Shown here piece after piece: positions 50,439 through 62,707 of a DNA stretch of 64,000 nt. The DNA is from Vulcanimicrobiota bacterium. Lineage in GTDB: Bacteria; Vulcanimicrobiota; Vulcanimicrobiia; Vulcanimicrobiales; Vulcanimicrobiaceae. The position numbers and the translations under genes were made by a program. Under the pieces are notes generated by a model. The model saw only the letters and a program-made list of their open reading frames with translations, had not been told where the DNA came from and ran no database searches. How positions within the stretch are numbered: the first letter of the stretch is position 1; each line of letters begins with the position of its first letter. The DNA is taken from NCBI GenBank assembly GCA_963820825.1, contig CAWGBN010000006.1:544001-608000 (forward strand), written 5' to 3'.

Positions 50439-53184
50439 CTTCAAAGCGCTCGATACGCTGCGCGCCGGAGATCGCACGTATCGATATTTTCGTCTCGACG
50501 CGCTCGAGCGAGCCGGCATCACCACGCTTGCGCGGCTCCCCTTCTCGCTCAAAATCTTGCTCGAGAATCTCCTGCGTTTCGAAGACGGACGGGTCGTCAA
50601 ACGCGACGACATCGAAGCGTTGGCGCGCGGCGGGCGAGCGCGCCACGAACGGGAGATTGCGTTCACCCCGGCGCGGGTGCTCTTGCAAGATTTCACCGGC
50701 GTCCCCTGCGTCGTCGATTTGGCGGCGATGCGCGACGCGATGTCCGCCATGGGCGGCGATCCGAAGGCGATCAACCCGCTTCAACCCGTCGAGCTGGTCA
50801 TCGATCATTCGGTGCAGGCCGATTACTTCGGCACGGCCGACGCGCTGGCGAAGAATACCGATCTCGAGTTCGAGCGCAACCGCGAGCGCTACGCATTCCT
50901 CAAGTGGGGCCAATCGGTGCTCTCCGGCTTTCGCGTCGTACCGCCGGGAACGGGAATCGTCCACCAGGTCAACATCGAGTATCTCGCACGCGTCGTCTTC
51001 GCATCTCCCTTCGACAAGCTCAAGGCAAGCTCGGCTCGGGCTGAGACGGATGCGCCGCCTCTTGCCTATCCCGATACGGCGGTCGGCACCGATTCGCACA
51101 CGACGATGGTCAACGGCCTCGGCGTTCTAGCCTGGGGCGTCGGCGGAATCGAAGCGGAAGCGGCGATGCTCGGGCAGCCGGTGACGATGCTCATTCCCGA
51201 GGTAGTCGGTTTTCGCTTGGATGGTGCGCTGCGCGAAGGCGTGACCGCGACCGATCTCGTGCTTACCGTTGCGGAGATGCTTCGGCGCAAAGGCGTCGTC
51301 GGAAAGTTCGTCGAGTTTTACGGCGCGGGCCTATCGGCATTACCGGTCGTCGATCGTACCACGATCAGCAACATGTCGCCGGAGTTCGGCTCGACGGTCG
51401 CGATCTTTCCCATCGACGATCGCACGCTGGAGTACCTGCGTTTGACCGGACGATCGGCCGAGCAGATCGCACTGGTCGAAGCCTACGCGAAGGCGCAAAG
51501 CCTCTTTAGAACCGATGCAACGCCCGATCCCGAGTTCGCCGATTCGCTGGCGCTCGATCTCGGCGACGTCGAGCCGTGCCTCGCCGGACCGCGCCGTCCG
51601 CAGGACCGCGTTCCGCTCGCCCGCGTGAAAGACTCCTTCGAAAGCGCGTTCAACGAATGGGTCGCCCAACGCGAACGCCCCAACGGCGCAGTCTCGCGCT
51701 TCGAAGATGAAGGCGGCGGTGGAACCGCGACGGTCGTGCAGACGCTCGACGAAGTCGACGACGGATCCGTCGTGATCGCCGCGATCACCAGCTGCACGAA
51801 CACCTCGAACCCCTCGGTCTTGATCGGCGCGGGCCTGCTCGCGCGCAACGCCGTCGAGCGCGGTCTCGAAACGAAAACGTGGGTCAAGACCTCGCTCGCT
51901 CCCGGATCGAAAGTCGTCACCGATTACTTGGAGAAGGCCGGATTGCAAGAGTATCTCGATCGCCTCGGCTTCAACCTCGTCGGATACGGCTGCACCACGT
52001 GCATAGGAAACTCTGGACCGCTGCCGAGCGACGTAGCCGAAGCCGTCGCCGACGGCGACCTCGTCGTCGCCGCGGTGCTCTCGGGCAATCGCAACTTCGA
52101 AGGGCGCATCCATCCGCAGGTTCGTGCGAACTATCTCGCCTCGCCGCCGCTCGTCGTTGCCTTCGCGCTCGCCGGACGCATCGATATTGACTTAACGACC
52201 GAGCCGGTCGGGAGAGGAAGCGACGGCAAACCGGTCTTTCTCCACGAGATCTGGCCGAGCAACGACGCGATCGCGGCAACGATGGCGCAGTGCATCAGCG
52301 AGGAGATGTTCGAGCGCGAGTATGCCGACGTTTTTAAAGGCGACGCAAACTGGAACGGATTGAACGTGGCCGCGAGCGAGCGGTATGCGTGGGATCCGCA
52401 CTCGGAGTACGTCAAGCAGCCGCCCTATTTCGAGGGCATGCCCGCGCAGCCCGCGCCCGTTCGCGACGTTCTCGGCGCGCGCGCGATCGCGGTGCTCGGC
52501 GATTCGGTGACGACCGATCACATCTCGCCGGCGGGGAGCATCGCCCGCCATAGTCCCGCGGGAGCCTATCTCACCGAACGGGGCATCGAGCCGCGCGATT
52601 TCAACTCGTACGGCGCGCGCCGCGGCAATCACGAGGTGATGGTGCGCGGAACCTTCGCCAACGTGCGGCTGCGTAACGCGCTCGTCCCCGGCGTCGAGGG
52701 CGGGTTCACGCGATATTTGCCGGCCAACGAGGAGCTCTCGATCTTCGACGCATCGCGCAAGTACGCCGACGACGGCACGCCGCTCATCGTGCTCGCCGGC
52801 AAGGAGTACGGTTCCGGATCGTCGCGCGACTGGGCGGCGAAGGGCCCGTATCTGCTCGGCATCAAGGCGGTGATCGCCGAGTCATTCGAGCGAATCCACC
52901 GCAGCAATCTCATCGGAATGGGCGTGCTGCCGCTGGAGTATCTCGACGGCGCCGACCGATCGACGTACGGACTCGAGGGCGAGGAGATCTACGACATCAC
53001 CGGACCAGCGGCGGGAATTCAGCCGCGCATGAAACTTCACGTGAAGGCGACCGATCCGCGCACCAAACGGGCGATCGAGTTCGACGTTCGCCTGCGCATC
53101 GATACGCCGAACGAGACCGAATACTACCGCAACGGCGGTATTCTGCAGTACGTGCTGCGCCAACTGCTCGCCGCGTCGCGGTAA
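50422..53184 (+). CDS. acnA: Aconitate hydratase A
   Basis: [46 protein letters not shown]. Confidence 0.97.
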   Translation: MNHPNSFKALDTLRAGDRTYRYFRLDALERAGITTLARLPFSLKILLENLLRFEDGRVVKRDDIEALARGGRARHEREIAFTPARVLLQDFTGVPCVVDLAAMRDAMSAMGGDPKAINPLQPVELVIDHSVQADYFGTADALAKNTDLEFERNRERYAFLKWGQSVLSGFRVVPPGTGIVHQVNIEYLARVVFASPFDKLKASSARAETDAPPLAYPDTAVGTDSHTTMVNGLGVLAWGVGGIEAEAAMLGQPVTMLIPEVVGFRLDGALREGVTATDLVLTVAEMLRRKGVVGKFVEFYGAGLSALPVVDRTTISNMSPEFGSTVAIFPIDDRTLEYLRLTGRSAEQIALVEAYAKAQSLFRTDATPDPEFADSLALDLGDVEPCLAGPRRPQDRVPLARVKDSFESAFNEWVAQRERPNGAVSRFEDEGGGGTATVVQTLDEVDDGSVVIAAITSCTNTSNPSVLIGAGLLARNAVERGLETKTWVKTSLAPGSKVVTDYLEKAGLQEYLDRLGFNLVGYGCTTCIGNSGPLPSDVAEAVADGDLVVAAVLSGNRNFEGRIHPQVRANYLASPPLVVAFALAGRIDIDLTTEPVGRGSDGKPVFLHEIWPSNDAIAATMAQCISEEMFEREYADVFKGDANWNGLNVAASERYAWDPHSEYVKQPPYFEGMPAQPAPVRDVLGARAIAVLGDSVTTDHISPAGSIARHSPAGAYLTERGIEPRDFNSYGARRGNHEVMVRGTFANVRLRNALVPGVEGGFTRYLPANEELSIFDASRKYADDGTPLIVLAGKEYGSGSSRDWAAKGPYLLGIKAVIAESFERIHRSNLIGMGVLPLEYLDGADRSTYGLEGEEIYDITGPAAGIQPRMKLHVKATDPRTKRAIEFDVRLRIDTPNETEYYRNGGILQYVLRQLLAASR
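51007..51044 (+). repeat. REP-like repeat inside acnA
   Basis: CCCTTCGACAAGCTCAAGGCAAGC...GCTCGGGCTGA; translates as [12 protein letters not shown]. Confidence 0.65.
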
Positions 53185-53201
53185 GCAACGCGCCTACGCT
53201 C

Positions 53202-53579
53202 CTAGGGCGCTTTGCGCTGATGGATCGCAAAGTTGTTCCCTTCGGAGTCTTCGCACCACGCGACGCGGCAGTTCGGCGTATCGAGCACTCCATCGGTGAA
53301 GAAGCGGACGCCCGCCTCGCGTAACCGCTGCGCCATTTCGTCGATCTCCGAAACGGCGAACATCACGCCGCCGCACGGGTACCAGCTGCCGTCGGGCATG
53401 GCGAAGATCCCGAACGTGCTGCCGTCCTCGAGCGCGTATTCGCTGCCGTGATCCCATCCTGCGGCGATCGGCCGTAGGCCGAGCAAATCCTGATAGAACT
53501 CCGTGGCGCGAGCTAAGTCTTTCGCGAGGTAGTGGTGCGCGTCGATCCCCGCGGCGCGCGTGGTCTCCGTTGCCTTCAC
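53202..53579 (-). CDS. VOC/glyoxalase family protein
   Basis: FYQDLLGL, VMFAV, DSEGN; GAGGGGG RBS. Confidence 0.88.
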   Translation of the reverse strand: MKATETTRAAGIDAHHYLAKDLARATEFYQDLLGLRPIAAGWDHGSEYALEDGSTFGIFAMPDGSWYPCGGVMFAVSEIDEMAQRLREAGVRFFTDGVLDTPNCRVAWCEDSEGNNFAIHQRKAP

Positions 53580-53633
53580 GATTCCCCCTCATATTTTACG
53601 GTCGAAACTCCCTACGAGCATAAGCGCCATAGT

Positions 53634-53653
53634 TGACAGAATCTGTCATATTT
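53634..53653. promoter_or_regulatory. Palindromic operator TGACA-N5-TGTCA(TATTT)
   Basis: Between divergent VOC and WYL genes; second copy at 55021. Confidence 0.7.
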
Positions 53654-53671
53654 GCGTAGTTTGATGGAACC

Positions 53672-54616
53672 GTGAAGGCCGACCGGCTCATCTCGCTGCT
53701 CCTGCTGCTGCAATCGCGCCGCCAGTCTTCGGCGCGCGTTCTCGCCGAGCGGCTCGAGGTTTCGGAGCGGACGATCTATCGCGACGTGGATGCGCTCTGC
53801 GCGGCGGGCGTGCCGGTCTACGCCGAGCGCGGCGTCGGCGGAGGCATCGTCTTGGCCGACGGCTACCGTCGCGCGCTGACGCACTTTAACGAGGAAGAGA
53901 TACGCGCGCTCTTCATCTCGGGAGCGAGCGCGCTTGCCGATCTCGGGCTCGACGCGGGCTTCAAACGCGCGCTCGAAAAACTTCACGGCGGACTCGCCGA
54001 CGTCGCGCAGCGTGCGGCGGAGAAGTCGCGCTCGCGCATCCACCTCGACGCGCGCCGCTGGAATCAGGCCGAGCCGCCGCGCGCCTTGCTCTCGGCCTTG
54101 CGCCACGCCGTTTGGGACGATCGCCGCGTTCGCATTCGCTACGAAGGTCGCAACCGCGCGCCGTCCACGCGCACGATCGATCCGCTCGGCTTGGTTTCGA
54201 AGGCCGGCGTCTGGTATTTGGTCGCGCGCTACGACGGCGAGCTGCGGAGTTTTCGCATCGAACGAATCCGTTCCGTCGACGAGCTCGTGGAGCGCTTCGC
54301 CCGTCCCGAGGACTTCGATCTCGAGCGATACTGGAGCGAATCGTCGGCGCGTTTCGCCGAGGCTTCACGCAGCAGCGATTGCGTCGTCACGCTTCGCGTA
54401 CGCAATGACGCCCTCGAGCGCGTTACGGCGTATTGGCCGGCCGAGATCGTCACCCGGCGCGCGCGCGACGCGGTCGTGCGCGTGACGTTTCCGGGTCCCG
54501 AGATAGCGATATTTCAAGCGGTCGCATGGGCGGAGGGTGCGGAGCTGATCGAGCCCGCCGGACTGCGCAGCGAGATCGCTGCGCGCGTGCGGCGAGCCCT
54601 CCGGCGGTACGCTTAG
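53672..54616 (+). CDS. HTH-WYL-WCX transcriptional regulator (YafY/DriD/PafBC-like)
   Basis: LEVSERTIYRD HTH; WYLVA; FRIERI. Confidence 0.93.
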   Translation: MKADRLISLLLLLQSRRQSSARVLAERLEVSERTIYRDVDALCAAGVPVYAERGVGGGIVLADGYRRALTHFNEEEIRALFISGASALADLGLDAGFKRALEKLHGGLADVAQRAAEKSRSRIHLDARRWNQAEPPRALLSALRHAVWDDRRVRIRYEGRNRAPSTRTIDPLGLVSKAGVWYLVARYDGELRSFRIERIRSVDELVERFARPEDFDLERYWSESSARFAEASRSSDCVVTLRVRNDALERVTAYWPAEIVTRRARDAVVRVTFPGPEIAIFQAVAWAEGAELIEPAGLRSEIAARVRRALRRYA

Positions 54617-54957
54617 CTCTTGCGCTGATGGATGATGATCCCGTTACCTTCGGGGTCCTGGCCGAAGGCCATGAAGCAGACGGGCGATTCCATCACGTCG
54701 CTCAACTGCAGTCCCTTCGCGCGATAGTGCTCGACCGCACCCTTCGCGTCGTCGACGGCGAACATGACCGCGCCGCCCGTCTCGCCGTCCTCGGGCTTCC
54801 AGACGCCGAAGGTCGAGCCGTCGGCAAGCGTAAACTCAGCGCCGCGTCCCTGATCGTCGATCTCGGTCGGCTGCATCCCCAGCACGTCGCGGTAGAAAGC
54901 GATCGCGGCTTGCGGATCCTTTACCAGATAGGCCGCGATGTCGATGCCTTTAATCAT
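54613..54957 (-). CDS. VOC/glyoxalase family protein
   Basis: FYRDVLG, VMFAV, DPEGN; paralog of 53202-53579. Confidence 0.88.
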   Translation of the reverse strand: MIKGIDIAAYLVKDPQAAIAFYRDVLGMQPTEIDDQGRGAEFTLADGSTFGVWKPEDGETGGAVMFAVDDAKGAVEHYRAKGLQLSDVMESPVCFMAFGQDPEGNGIIIHQRKS

Positions 54958-55020
54958 GAATCTGCCTCTCCTGTCGGTCGTTGCCTGTGTGCTATTGCCA
55001 AGAGGGTAGCAGGCTAAACA

Positions 55021-55040
55021 TGACACTTACTGTCATATTT
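55021..55040. promoter_or_regulatory. Palindromic operator TGACA-N5-TGTCA(TATTT)
   Basis: Upstream of the second VOC gene; matches the 53634 copy. Confidence 0.7.
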
Positions 55041-55057
55041 AAAGCCGCCGCGCGGCG

Positions 55058-56620
55058 TTAGAGCATCACGCGCCGGAAGTCGGCCAAGAGCTCGGCGATG
55101 TAGACGAGGAAGCGCGCGGCCCCGGCGCCATCGATCGCGCGGTGATCGTAGCTCACGCTGATCGGCAGCATCAGGCGCGGGACGAAGCTCTTGCCGTCCC
55201 AGACGGGTTTGGTCGACGTCCGGGTCGCGCCGAGGATTGCGACCTCCGGCGCGTTGACGATCTGTGTAAAGGCCGTGCCGCCAATTCCTCCGATCGATGA
55301 GATGGTAAAGCTGCCGCCCTGCATCTGCGCGAGCGTGAGCTTCCCCTCGCGCGCTTTGCCGGCGAGCTCCTGCGCCTCGCGCGCGATCTCGATCAATCCC
55401 TTGGAATCGGCCTCCTTGATCACCGGAACGATGAGTCCGCCGGGCGTGTCGGCGGCGAATCCAATGTTGTAGTACTGCTTGAGTATCAGCTCGTCGCCGT
55501 CGAGCGACGAGTTGAACTCGGGGAAGCGTTGGAGCGCCGCGACCGAGGCGCGAATCAAGAACGCGAGCATCGTCAACTTCGGGCCGCCGGATTTCACCTG
55601 CTCGGCGTTGACCTCGTGCCGAAGCTCCTCGATCGAGGTAACGTCGGCCTCGTCGTAGTTGGTAATGTGCGGCACCTGCACCCAATTGCGATGCAGGTTT
55701 GGACCGGAGAGCTTCTTGATGCGCGAGAGCGGACGGCGCTCGACCGCGCCGTACTGCGCGAAATCGAGTTTCGGCCACGCCGGCAGTCCCGGGAACGGCG
55801 ATCCGGTCGCCGACGAGCGGCTCTGCAGCGCGCTCTTGACGAAGCCTTGCACGTCCTCGCGCGTGATGCGTCCGTTCGGGCCGCTGCCGCGCAGACCACG
55901 AAGATCGACGCCGAGCTCGCGCGCAAAACGGCGAACCGCCGGGCCGGCGTGCACCATTGCGTCGCTCGCGCTCGAAGGCGCAGCGACCGGTGCTTGCGGT
56001 TGCGGGGGCGATGATGCCGGCGGTTCTTTCGCCGCGCGAGCGGTGCTCTTGGGAGCGGCGGGCGTCGCAGGCTGCGACGCGGAGCTGAGAACCGCAATCG
56101 TCGAGCCTTGCGAGACTCTATCGCCGACCTTGACTTTGACGTCGGTAACGACGCCGTCGACTTCGGCCGGCACTTCCATCGAGGCTTTCTCGCTCTCGAG
56201 CGTGATCAGCGAGTCGTTCGTCTTGACGCGATCTCCGGGTTTGACCAAGACTTCGATCACCGGCACGTCTTTGAAGTCACCGATATCGGGGACGCGAACC
56301 TCGACCGCCGCTGCCGGAGCCGCGCTCGGCGCTGCGGCGGACTCCTTCGCGCTCGTCGCCGCGGCTTTGGGGACTTCCGCGCCGTCCGAGCTCAAGACGA
56401 GGATCGTCGAACCTTGCGAAACTCTATCGCCGACCTTGACTTTGACGTCGGCAACGACGCCGTCGGCTTCGGCCGGCACCTCCATCGAGGCCTTCTCGCT
56501 CTCGAGCGTGATCAGCGAGTCGTTCTTCTTGACGCGATCTCCGGGTTTGACCAAGACTTCGATCACCGGCACGTCTTTGAAGTCACCGATATCGGGGACG
56601 CGAACTTCGATCTGACTCAT
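55058..56620 (-). CDS. aceF: Pyruvate dehydrogenase E2 with two lipoyl domains
   Basis: Two LESEKASMEV lipoyl motifs, PAVRRFARE binding domain, DHRAIDG. Confidence 0.95.
   Translation of the reverse strand: MSQIEVRVPDIGDFKDVPVIEVLVKPGDRVKKNDSLITLESEKASMEVPAEADGVVADVKVKVGDRVSQGSTILVLSSDGAEVPKAAATSAKESAAAPSAAPAAAVEVRVPDIGDFKDVPVIEVLVKPGDRVKTNDSLITLESEKASMEVPAEVDGVVTDVKVKVGDRVSQGSTIAVLSSASQPATPAAPKSTARAAKEPPASSPPQPQAPVAAPSSASDAMVHAGPAVRRFARELGVDLRGLRGSGPNGRITREDVQGFVKSALQSRSSATGSPFPGLPAWPKLDFAQYGAVERRPLSRIKKLSGPNLHRNWVQVPHITNYDEADVTSIEELRHEVNAEQVKSGGPKLTMLAFLIRASVAALQRFPEFNSSLDGDELILKQYYNIGFAADTPGGLIVPVIKEADSKGLIEIAREAQELAGKAREGKLTLAQMQGGSFTISSIGGIGGTAFTQIVNAPEVAILGATRTSTKPVWDGKSFVPRLMLPISVSYDHRAIDGAGAARFLVYIAELLADFRRVML
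56097..56610. repeat. Near-identical ~208 bp direct repeat (lipoyl domains)
   Basis: 56097-56304 vs 56403-56610; about 8 mismatches by manual alignment. Confidence 0.85.
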
Positions 56621-56631
56621 GTGCGAGATGC

Positions 56632-59316
56632 CTATACCGTAATCGGGTTGGGCTTGTTGGGATCGATATTATACTTCTCGAGCGCCTTGCGCACCGTCGC
56701 GCGTTCGATCGTGCCTTCGTCGGCGAGGGCGACGAGCGCCGCGACGGTGACGAAATGCCGGCCGACTTCGAAGAACTCGCGCAGCTTGCGCCGGAAATCG
56801 CTGCGGCCGTAACCATCGGTGCCAAGCGCGACGTAGCGGCGTCCAATGAAGGGATGAATCTGCTCGGCGAAGGTGCGGATGTAATCGGTCGCTGCGATCC
56901 CCGGACCGGGGCGTCCATCCAGAGACTCCTCGACGTACGAACGGCGCGGCGGCTCTTCGGGATGGAGCATGTTCCACCGCCGCGCGGCGACGCCGTCGCG
57001 CTGGAGCTGGTTGAAGCTCGTCACGGCCCATACGTCGGCCTTTACGTTCCACTCGTCGGCAAGCAGATCGGCGGCGGCCTCGACTTCGCGCAGGATCGCG
57101 CCGGAGCCGAAGAGCTGCACCCGCGGCGCTTTGTTCTTGCTCGAACCCGCATCGCGAAGGAGATACATCCCGCGCAGAATGCCCTCGCGCGCGCCGGACG
57201 GCATCGCCGGGTGCTGGTAGTTCTCGTTCATCAGCGTGATGTAGTAGTAAACGTCTTCCTGCTCGGCGAGCATTCGCCGGACGCCGTCTTGGATGATCAC
57301 GGCGACTTCGTAGGCGTAGGTGGGGTCGAAGCTCATGCAGTTCGGAACGAACGAGGCGGCGACCTGACTGCTCCCGTCTTCGTGCTGCAGCCCTTCGCCG
57401 TTGAGCGTCGTACGCCCCGAGGTTGCGCCGAGAAGAAAACCGCGCGTCCGGCTGTCGCCGGCCGCCCACGTGAGATCGCCGACGCGTTGAAAGCCGAACA
57501 TCGAGTAAAAGATGTAAAACGGAATCATCGGCAGGTTGTGGTTCGTGTACGAGGTGCCGGCGGCGATCCACGACGAGAGCGCGCCCGCCTCGTTGATTCC
57601 CTCCTGCAGAATCTGTCCGAGCTTATCCTCGCGGTACCACATGAGCTGTTCGGCATCTTGCGGGTGATAGAGCTGGCCGACCGACGAGTAGATGCCGAGC
57701 TGGCGGAACATGCCTTCCATGCCGAATGTGCGCGATTCGTCGGCGACGATCGGCACGACGCGCGGACCGATCTCGCGGTCGCGCGCGATCGCGTTGAGGA
57801 CGCGAACGAAGGCCATGGTGGTCGAGATGTGACGATCGCCCGTGCTCTGCAACTGCGCGTCGAAGGTGGAGAGCTCGGGCACCGTCAGCGCGACCGACTT
57901 GCGGCGGCGCTGCGGAACGCTGCCGAGCGCGGCGATTCGTTCGCGCAGGTAGCGCATCTCCGGTGCGTCCTCCGGTGGCCGGTAGAACGGGATCTTCTCA
58001 CCGGCGATTGCCGCATCGGAGATCGGCAGCGTAAAGCGATCGCGAAAGACGCGCATCGCCTCGACTTCCATTTTCTTCGCTTGGTGGGCGATGTTCTGTG
58101 CCTCGCCGGCCTCGCCCATGCCGTATCCTTTGATCGTCTTGGCGAGCACGACCGTCGGCTGGCCGCGATGTTCGAAGGCGGCCTTATATGCGGCGTAGAC
58201 CTTGATCGTGTCGTGGCCGCCTCGCCGCAGATCCCAAATTTCGTCGTCGGTCCAGTCCTCGACGAGCGACTTCGTCTCGGGATAGCGTCCGAAGAACTCG
58301 TCGCGCACGTACTTGCCGTTGCGTGACTTGAACGTCTGATAATCTCCGTCGACGCACTCGGTCATCAGTTGGACGAGGCGCCCCGTCTTGTCGGCGGCGA
58401 GCAGCGGGTCCCAGTTGCTTCCCCAGATGACCTTGATGACGTTCCATCCCGCGCCTTTGAAGACGCCCTCGAGCTCTTGGATGATCTTGCCGTTGCCGCG
58501 CACGGGTCCGTCGAGGCGCTGCAGGTTGCAATTGACGACCCAGATGAGATCGTCGAGCTTCTCGCGTCCGGCCAGCGAGATCGCGCCGAGCGATTCGGGT
58601 TCGTCCGTCTCGCCGTCACCGACGAATGCCCAGACTTTCCGGCCGGAGGTGTCGAGCAGCCCGCGGTCGTGGAGATAGCGCATGAAACGCGCCTGATAGA
58701 TCGACATGATCGGTCCCAGGCCCATCGAGACCGTCGGGAACTGCCAGAAGTTCGGCATCAGCCAGGGATGCGGATACGAGGAGAGGCCCTTGCCGTCGAC
58801 CTCCTGACGAAAATACTCGAGCTGCTCTTCGGTGATCCGCCCTTCGAGAAAGGCGCGCGCGTAGACGCCAGGCGACGAGTGCCCTTGGAAGAAGACGAGG
58901 TCTCCGCCGAACGACTCGCTCGGCGCGCGGAAGAAGTGATTGAAGCCGACGTCGTAGAGCGTCGCCGCCGATGCGAAGCTTGCGACGTGGCCGCCGAGTT
59001 CCGAGCTGACTTTGTTCGCGCGAACTACCATCGCGAGCGCGTTCCAACGCTCGTAGTGGCGCAAGCGCGCTTCGAGCTCGCGATCGCCGGGAACCGGCGG
59101 TTGGCGATCGGCGGGAATCGTGTTGACGTAGGGCGTCGTGAATCCGAGCGAAATATGCGCGCCACCGCTCTGCGCCTCGTCGACGAGGCTCGCGATGAGC
59201 TGACGCGCGCGTTCGTGGCCTTCGACGGCGAGCACGCCGCGCATCGCTTCGAGCCATTCGCGCGTCTCTTGCGGATCGGGATCGGGAGAGAGAGTCGACA
59301 TTACCGCAAGGCTCAT
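56632..59316 (-). CDS. aceE: Pyruvate dehydrogenase E1, homodimeric type
   Basis: DPQETREW, QGHSSPG, GDGETDE...NCN, NGEGLQHED; alternative ATG at 59301. Confidence 0.97.
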   Translation of the reverse strand: MSLAVMSTLSPDPDPQETREWLEAMRGVLAVEGHERARQLIASLVDEAQSGGAHISLGFTTPYVNTIPADRQPPVPGDRELEARLRHYERWNALAMVVRANKVSSELGGHVASFASAATLYDVGFNHFFRAPSESFGGDLVFFQGHSSPGVYARAFLEGRITEEQLEYFRQEVDGKGLSSYPHPWLMPNFWQFPTVSMGLGPIMSIYQARFMRYLHDRGLLDTSGRKVWAFVGDGETDEPESLGAISLAGREKLDDLIWVVNCNLQRLDGPVRGNGKIIQELEGVFKGAGWNVIKVIWGSNWDPLLAADKTGRLVQLMTECVDGDYQTFKSRNGKYVRDEFFGRYPETKSLVEDWTDDEIWDLRRGGHDTIKVYAAYKAAFEHRGQPTVVLAKTIKGYGMGEAGEAQNIAHQAKKMEVEAMRVFRDRFTLPISDAAIAGEKIPFYRPPEDAPEMRYLRERIAALGSVPQRRRKSVALTVPELSTFDAQLQSTGDRHISTTMAFVRVLNAIARDREIGPRVVPIVADESRTFGMEGMFRQLGIYSSVGQLYHPQDAEQLMWYREDKLGQILQEGINEAGALSSWIAAGTSYTNHNLPMIPFYIFYSMFGFQRVGDLTWAAGDSRTRGFLLGATSGRTTLNGEGLQHEDGSSQVAASFVPNCMSFDPTYAYEVAVIIQDGVRRMLAEQEDVYYYITLMNENYQHPAMPSGAREGILRGMYLLRDAGSSKNKAPRVQLFGSGAILREVEAAADLLADEWNVKADVWAVTSFNQLQRDGVAARRWNMLHPEEPPRRSYVEESLDGRPGPGIAATDYIRTFAEQIHPFIGRRYVALGTDGYGRSDFRRKLREFFEVGRHFVTVAALVALADEGTIERATVRKALEKYNIDPNKPNPITV

Positions 59317-59419
59317 TTGAGCCGGAAGAGCTCATCTCTTCCCAATGGCCTCCTCCAATCGGTAGGCTGGCTGGTTCCGCTTGGACGGAGGGCGTGGCCT
59401 CGACGGAGGGTAAAATCGC

Positions 59420-61177
<1,758 letters not shown>

Positions 61178-61256
61178 AGCGCTCGCGCTGCTGCTCGCAT
61201 GCACCGGCGCGACCGCAGCGACGCATCCGTCCTGGCAAACGCCCGGTACGCCCGCA

Positions 61257-62222
61257 GTGCTCTCGCAGCCGGTGGTCTTCGAAAATGCAGGTGCGGTTCT
61301 GCACGGGACGCTCTATCGGCCCTCCGCGTTGCATCCCGTTGCCGCGGTCGTCGCCTTCCATAGCGCCGGGGTCGGCCGCGCGGGCGCGGCGCTCTTCGTC
61401 CATCTGCGTCAGGGCCTGCCGGCGGTTGGGATCGCGGTGCTCGTCTACGACCGCCGCGGCAGCGGCGCGTCGACCGGAACCGCAAACGTGAGTTACGAAA
61501 CGTTGGCCGACGACGGAATCGCCGGCGCTCGCGCCATCGCTCGGCTCTCCGCGATCGATCCAAGGCGGATCGGCTACTGGGGATTGAGCCAAGGCGGGTG
61601 GCTTGCGGTCTTCGCGGCCGAACGCGATCCCCGTGCCGCGTTTGCGGTTTCGGTCTCGGCGCCGCTCGTAACGCCGGAGGCGCAGATGGAGTTTGCGATG
61701 GCCAACCGGCTGCGCGTCAACGGATACTCGCAGTCGGACGTCAACGCGATGCTCGCGGCCCGCACGGCGTGGACCGGCTACCTGCGCGGCGACGTGCCGC
61801 GCGCGAGGGCCGTCGCGGCGCTTTCGAAGATCGACACGAAGCCATGGTTCGATCTCATGTACATGCCGTCGGCCAAGGAGTTGACGACGAACCCCACCGC
61901 TTCGTCGTGGCGCGCGCAGATGGACGACGATCCGCTCGCGGCGCTCGAACGCGTGCGCGTTCCGGCGCTCTTCATCTACGGCGGCAGCGACCCGTGGATA
62001 CCGGTTGCCACCACGATCGACCGGCTGCGCGCGCTGGCGAGAACCAGATCGAACGTCGAGTATGCGGTGATCGCGGAGGCCGATCACGCAATGCGGTTCG
62101 TGCCGCGCGAAACGATGGATGTGAGTCCGGCCGCGTTGGAGCTAGACGTGCCCCAAGCGCCGGCCTATTTCATGCTGCTTGCGTCGTGGTTGACGCGACG
62201 GCTCGCAGGAGAAGAACGCTGA
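61257..62222 (+). CDS. Alpha/beta hydrolase, probably exported; true start may be upstream
   Basis: YDRRGSG, GLSQGG, YGGSD, ADH; signal-like in-frame sequence upstream. Confidence 0.85.
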   Translation: MLSQPVVFENAGAVLHGTLYRPSALHPVAAVVAFHSAGVGRAGAALFVHLRQGLPAVGIAVLVYDRRGSGASTGTANVSYETLADDGIAGARAIARLSAIDPRRIGYWGLSQGGWLAVFAAERDPRAAFAVSVSAPLVTPEAQMEFAMANRLRVNGYSQSDVNAMLAARTAWTGYLRGDVPRARAVAALSKIDTKPWFDLMYMPSAKELTTNPTASSWRAQMDDDPLAALERVRVPALFIYGGSDPWIPVATTIDRLRALARTRSNVEYAVIAEADHAMRFVPRETMDVSPAALELDVPQAPAYFMLLASWLTRRLAGEER

Positions 62223-62224
62223 CC

Positions 62225-62707
62225 GTGCGGCGACCCTGCGCGGTGCTCTTCGATCGCGACGAGACGATCGTCGTCGACGTGCCGTTCAACGGCGATCCGG
62301 ATAGAGTCGAGCCGGCGCACAACGCGCGCGCGCTGCTCGACCGCTTACGTGCGGCGGGACTCCCGCTTGCCGTCGTCAGCAATCAGAGCGGCGTCGGACG
62401 CGGATACATCACCGCCGCCCAGGTCGATGCGGTCAATCGCCGGATCGACGAGCTGCTCGGGCCGTTCGCGGGGTTCTTCGTCTGTCCGCACTCGCCGCAG
62501 GATGCCTGCGAGTGCCGGAAGCCCAAGCCGAAGCTCATCTTCGATGCGGCGCGAGCGCTCGGCGTCGATCCGGCCTGTTGTGTCGTCGTCGGCGATCGCG
62601 AGAGCGACGTTGAGGCGGCGCGCAACGCCGGCGCGATTCCGCTCAAAGTCGACGGATCCGACGGGCTGGAGGCGGCCGTCGACGCTATCCTGGGCGCGCT
62701 CGAATAG
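62225..62707 (+). CDS. HAD-IIIA phosphatase (GmhB/HisB-like)
   Basis: FDRDET, SNQSG, CPH...CECRKP, VGDRESD. Confidence 0.88.
   Translation: MRRPCAVLFDRDETIVVDVPFNGDPDRVEPAHNARALLDRLRAAGLPLAVVSNQSGVGRGYITAAQVDAVNRRIDELLGPFAGFFVCPHSPQDACECRKPKPKLIFDAARALGVDPACCVVVGDRESDVEAARNAGAIPLKVDGSDGLEAAVDAILGALE

Noticed and set aside
59349..59410. Hairpin and duplicated GACGGAGGG between aceE and thiC
   Set aside because: Too short to distinguish from chance or ordinary promoter sequence
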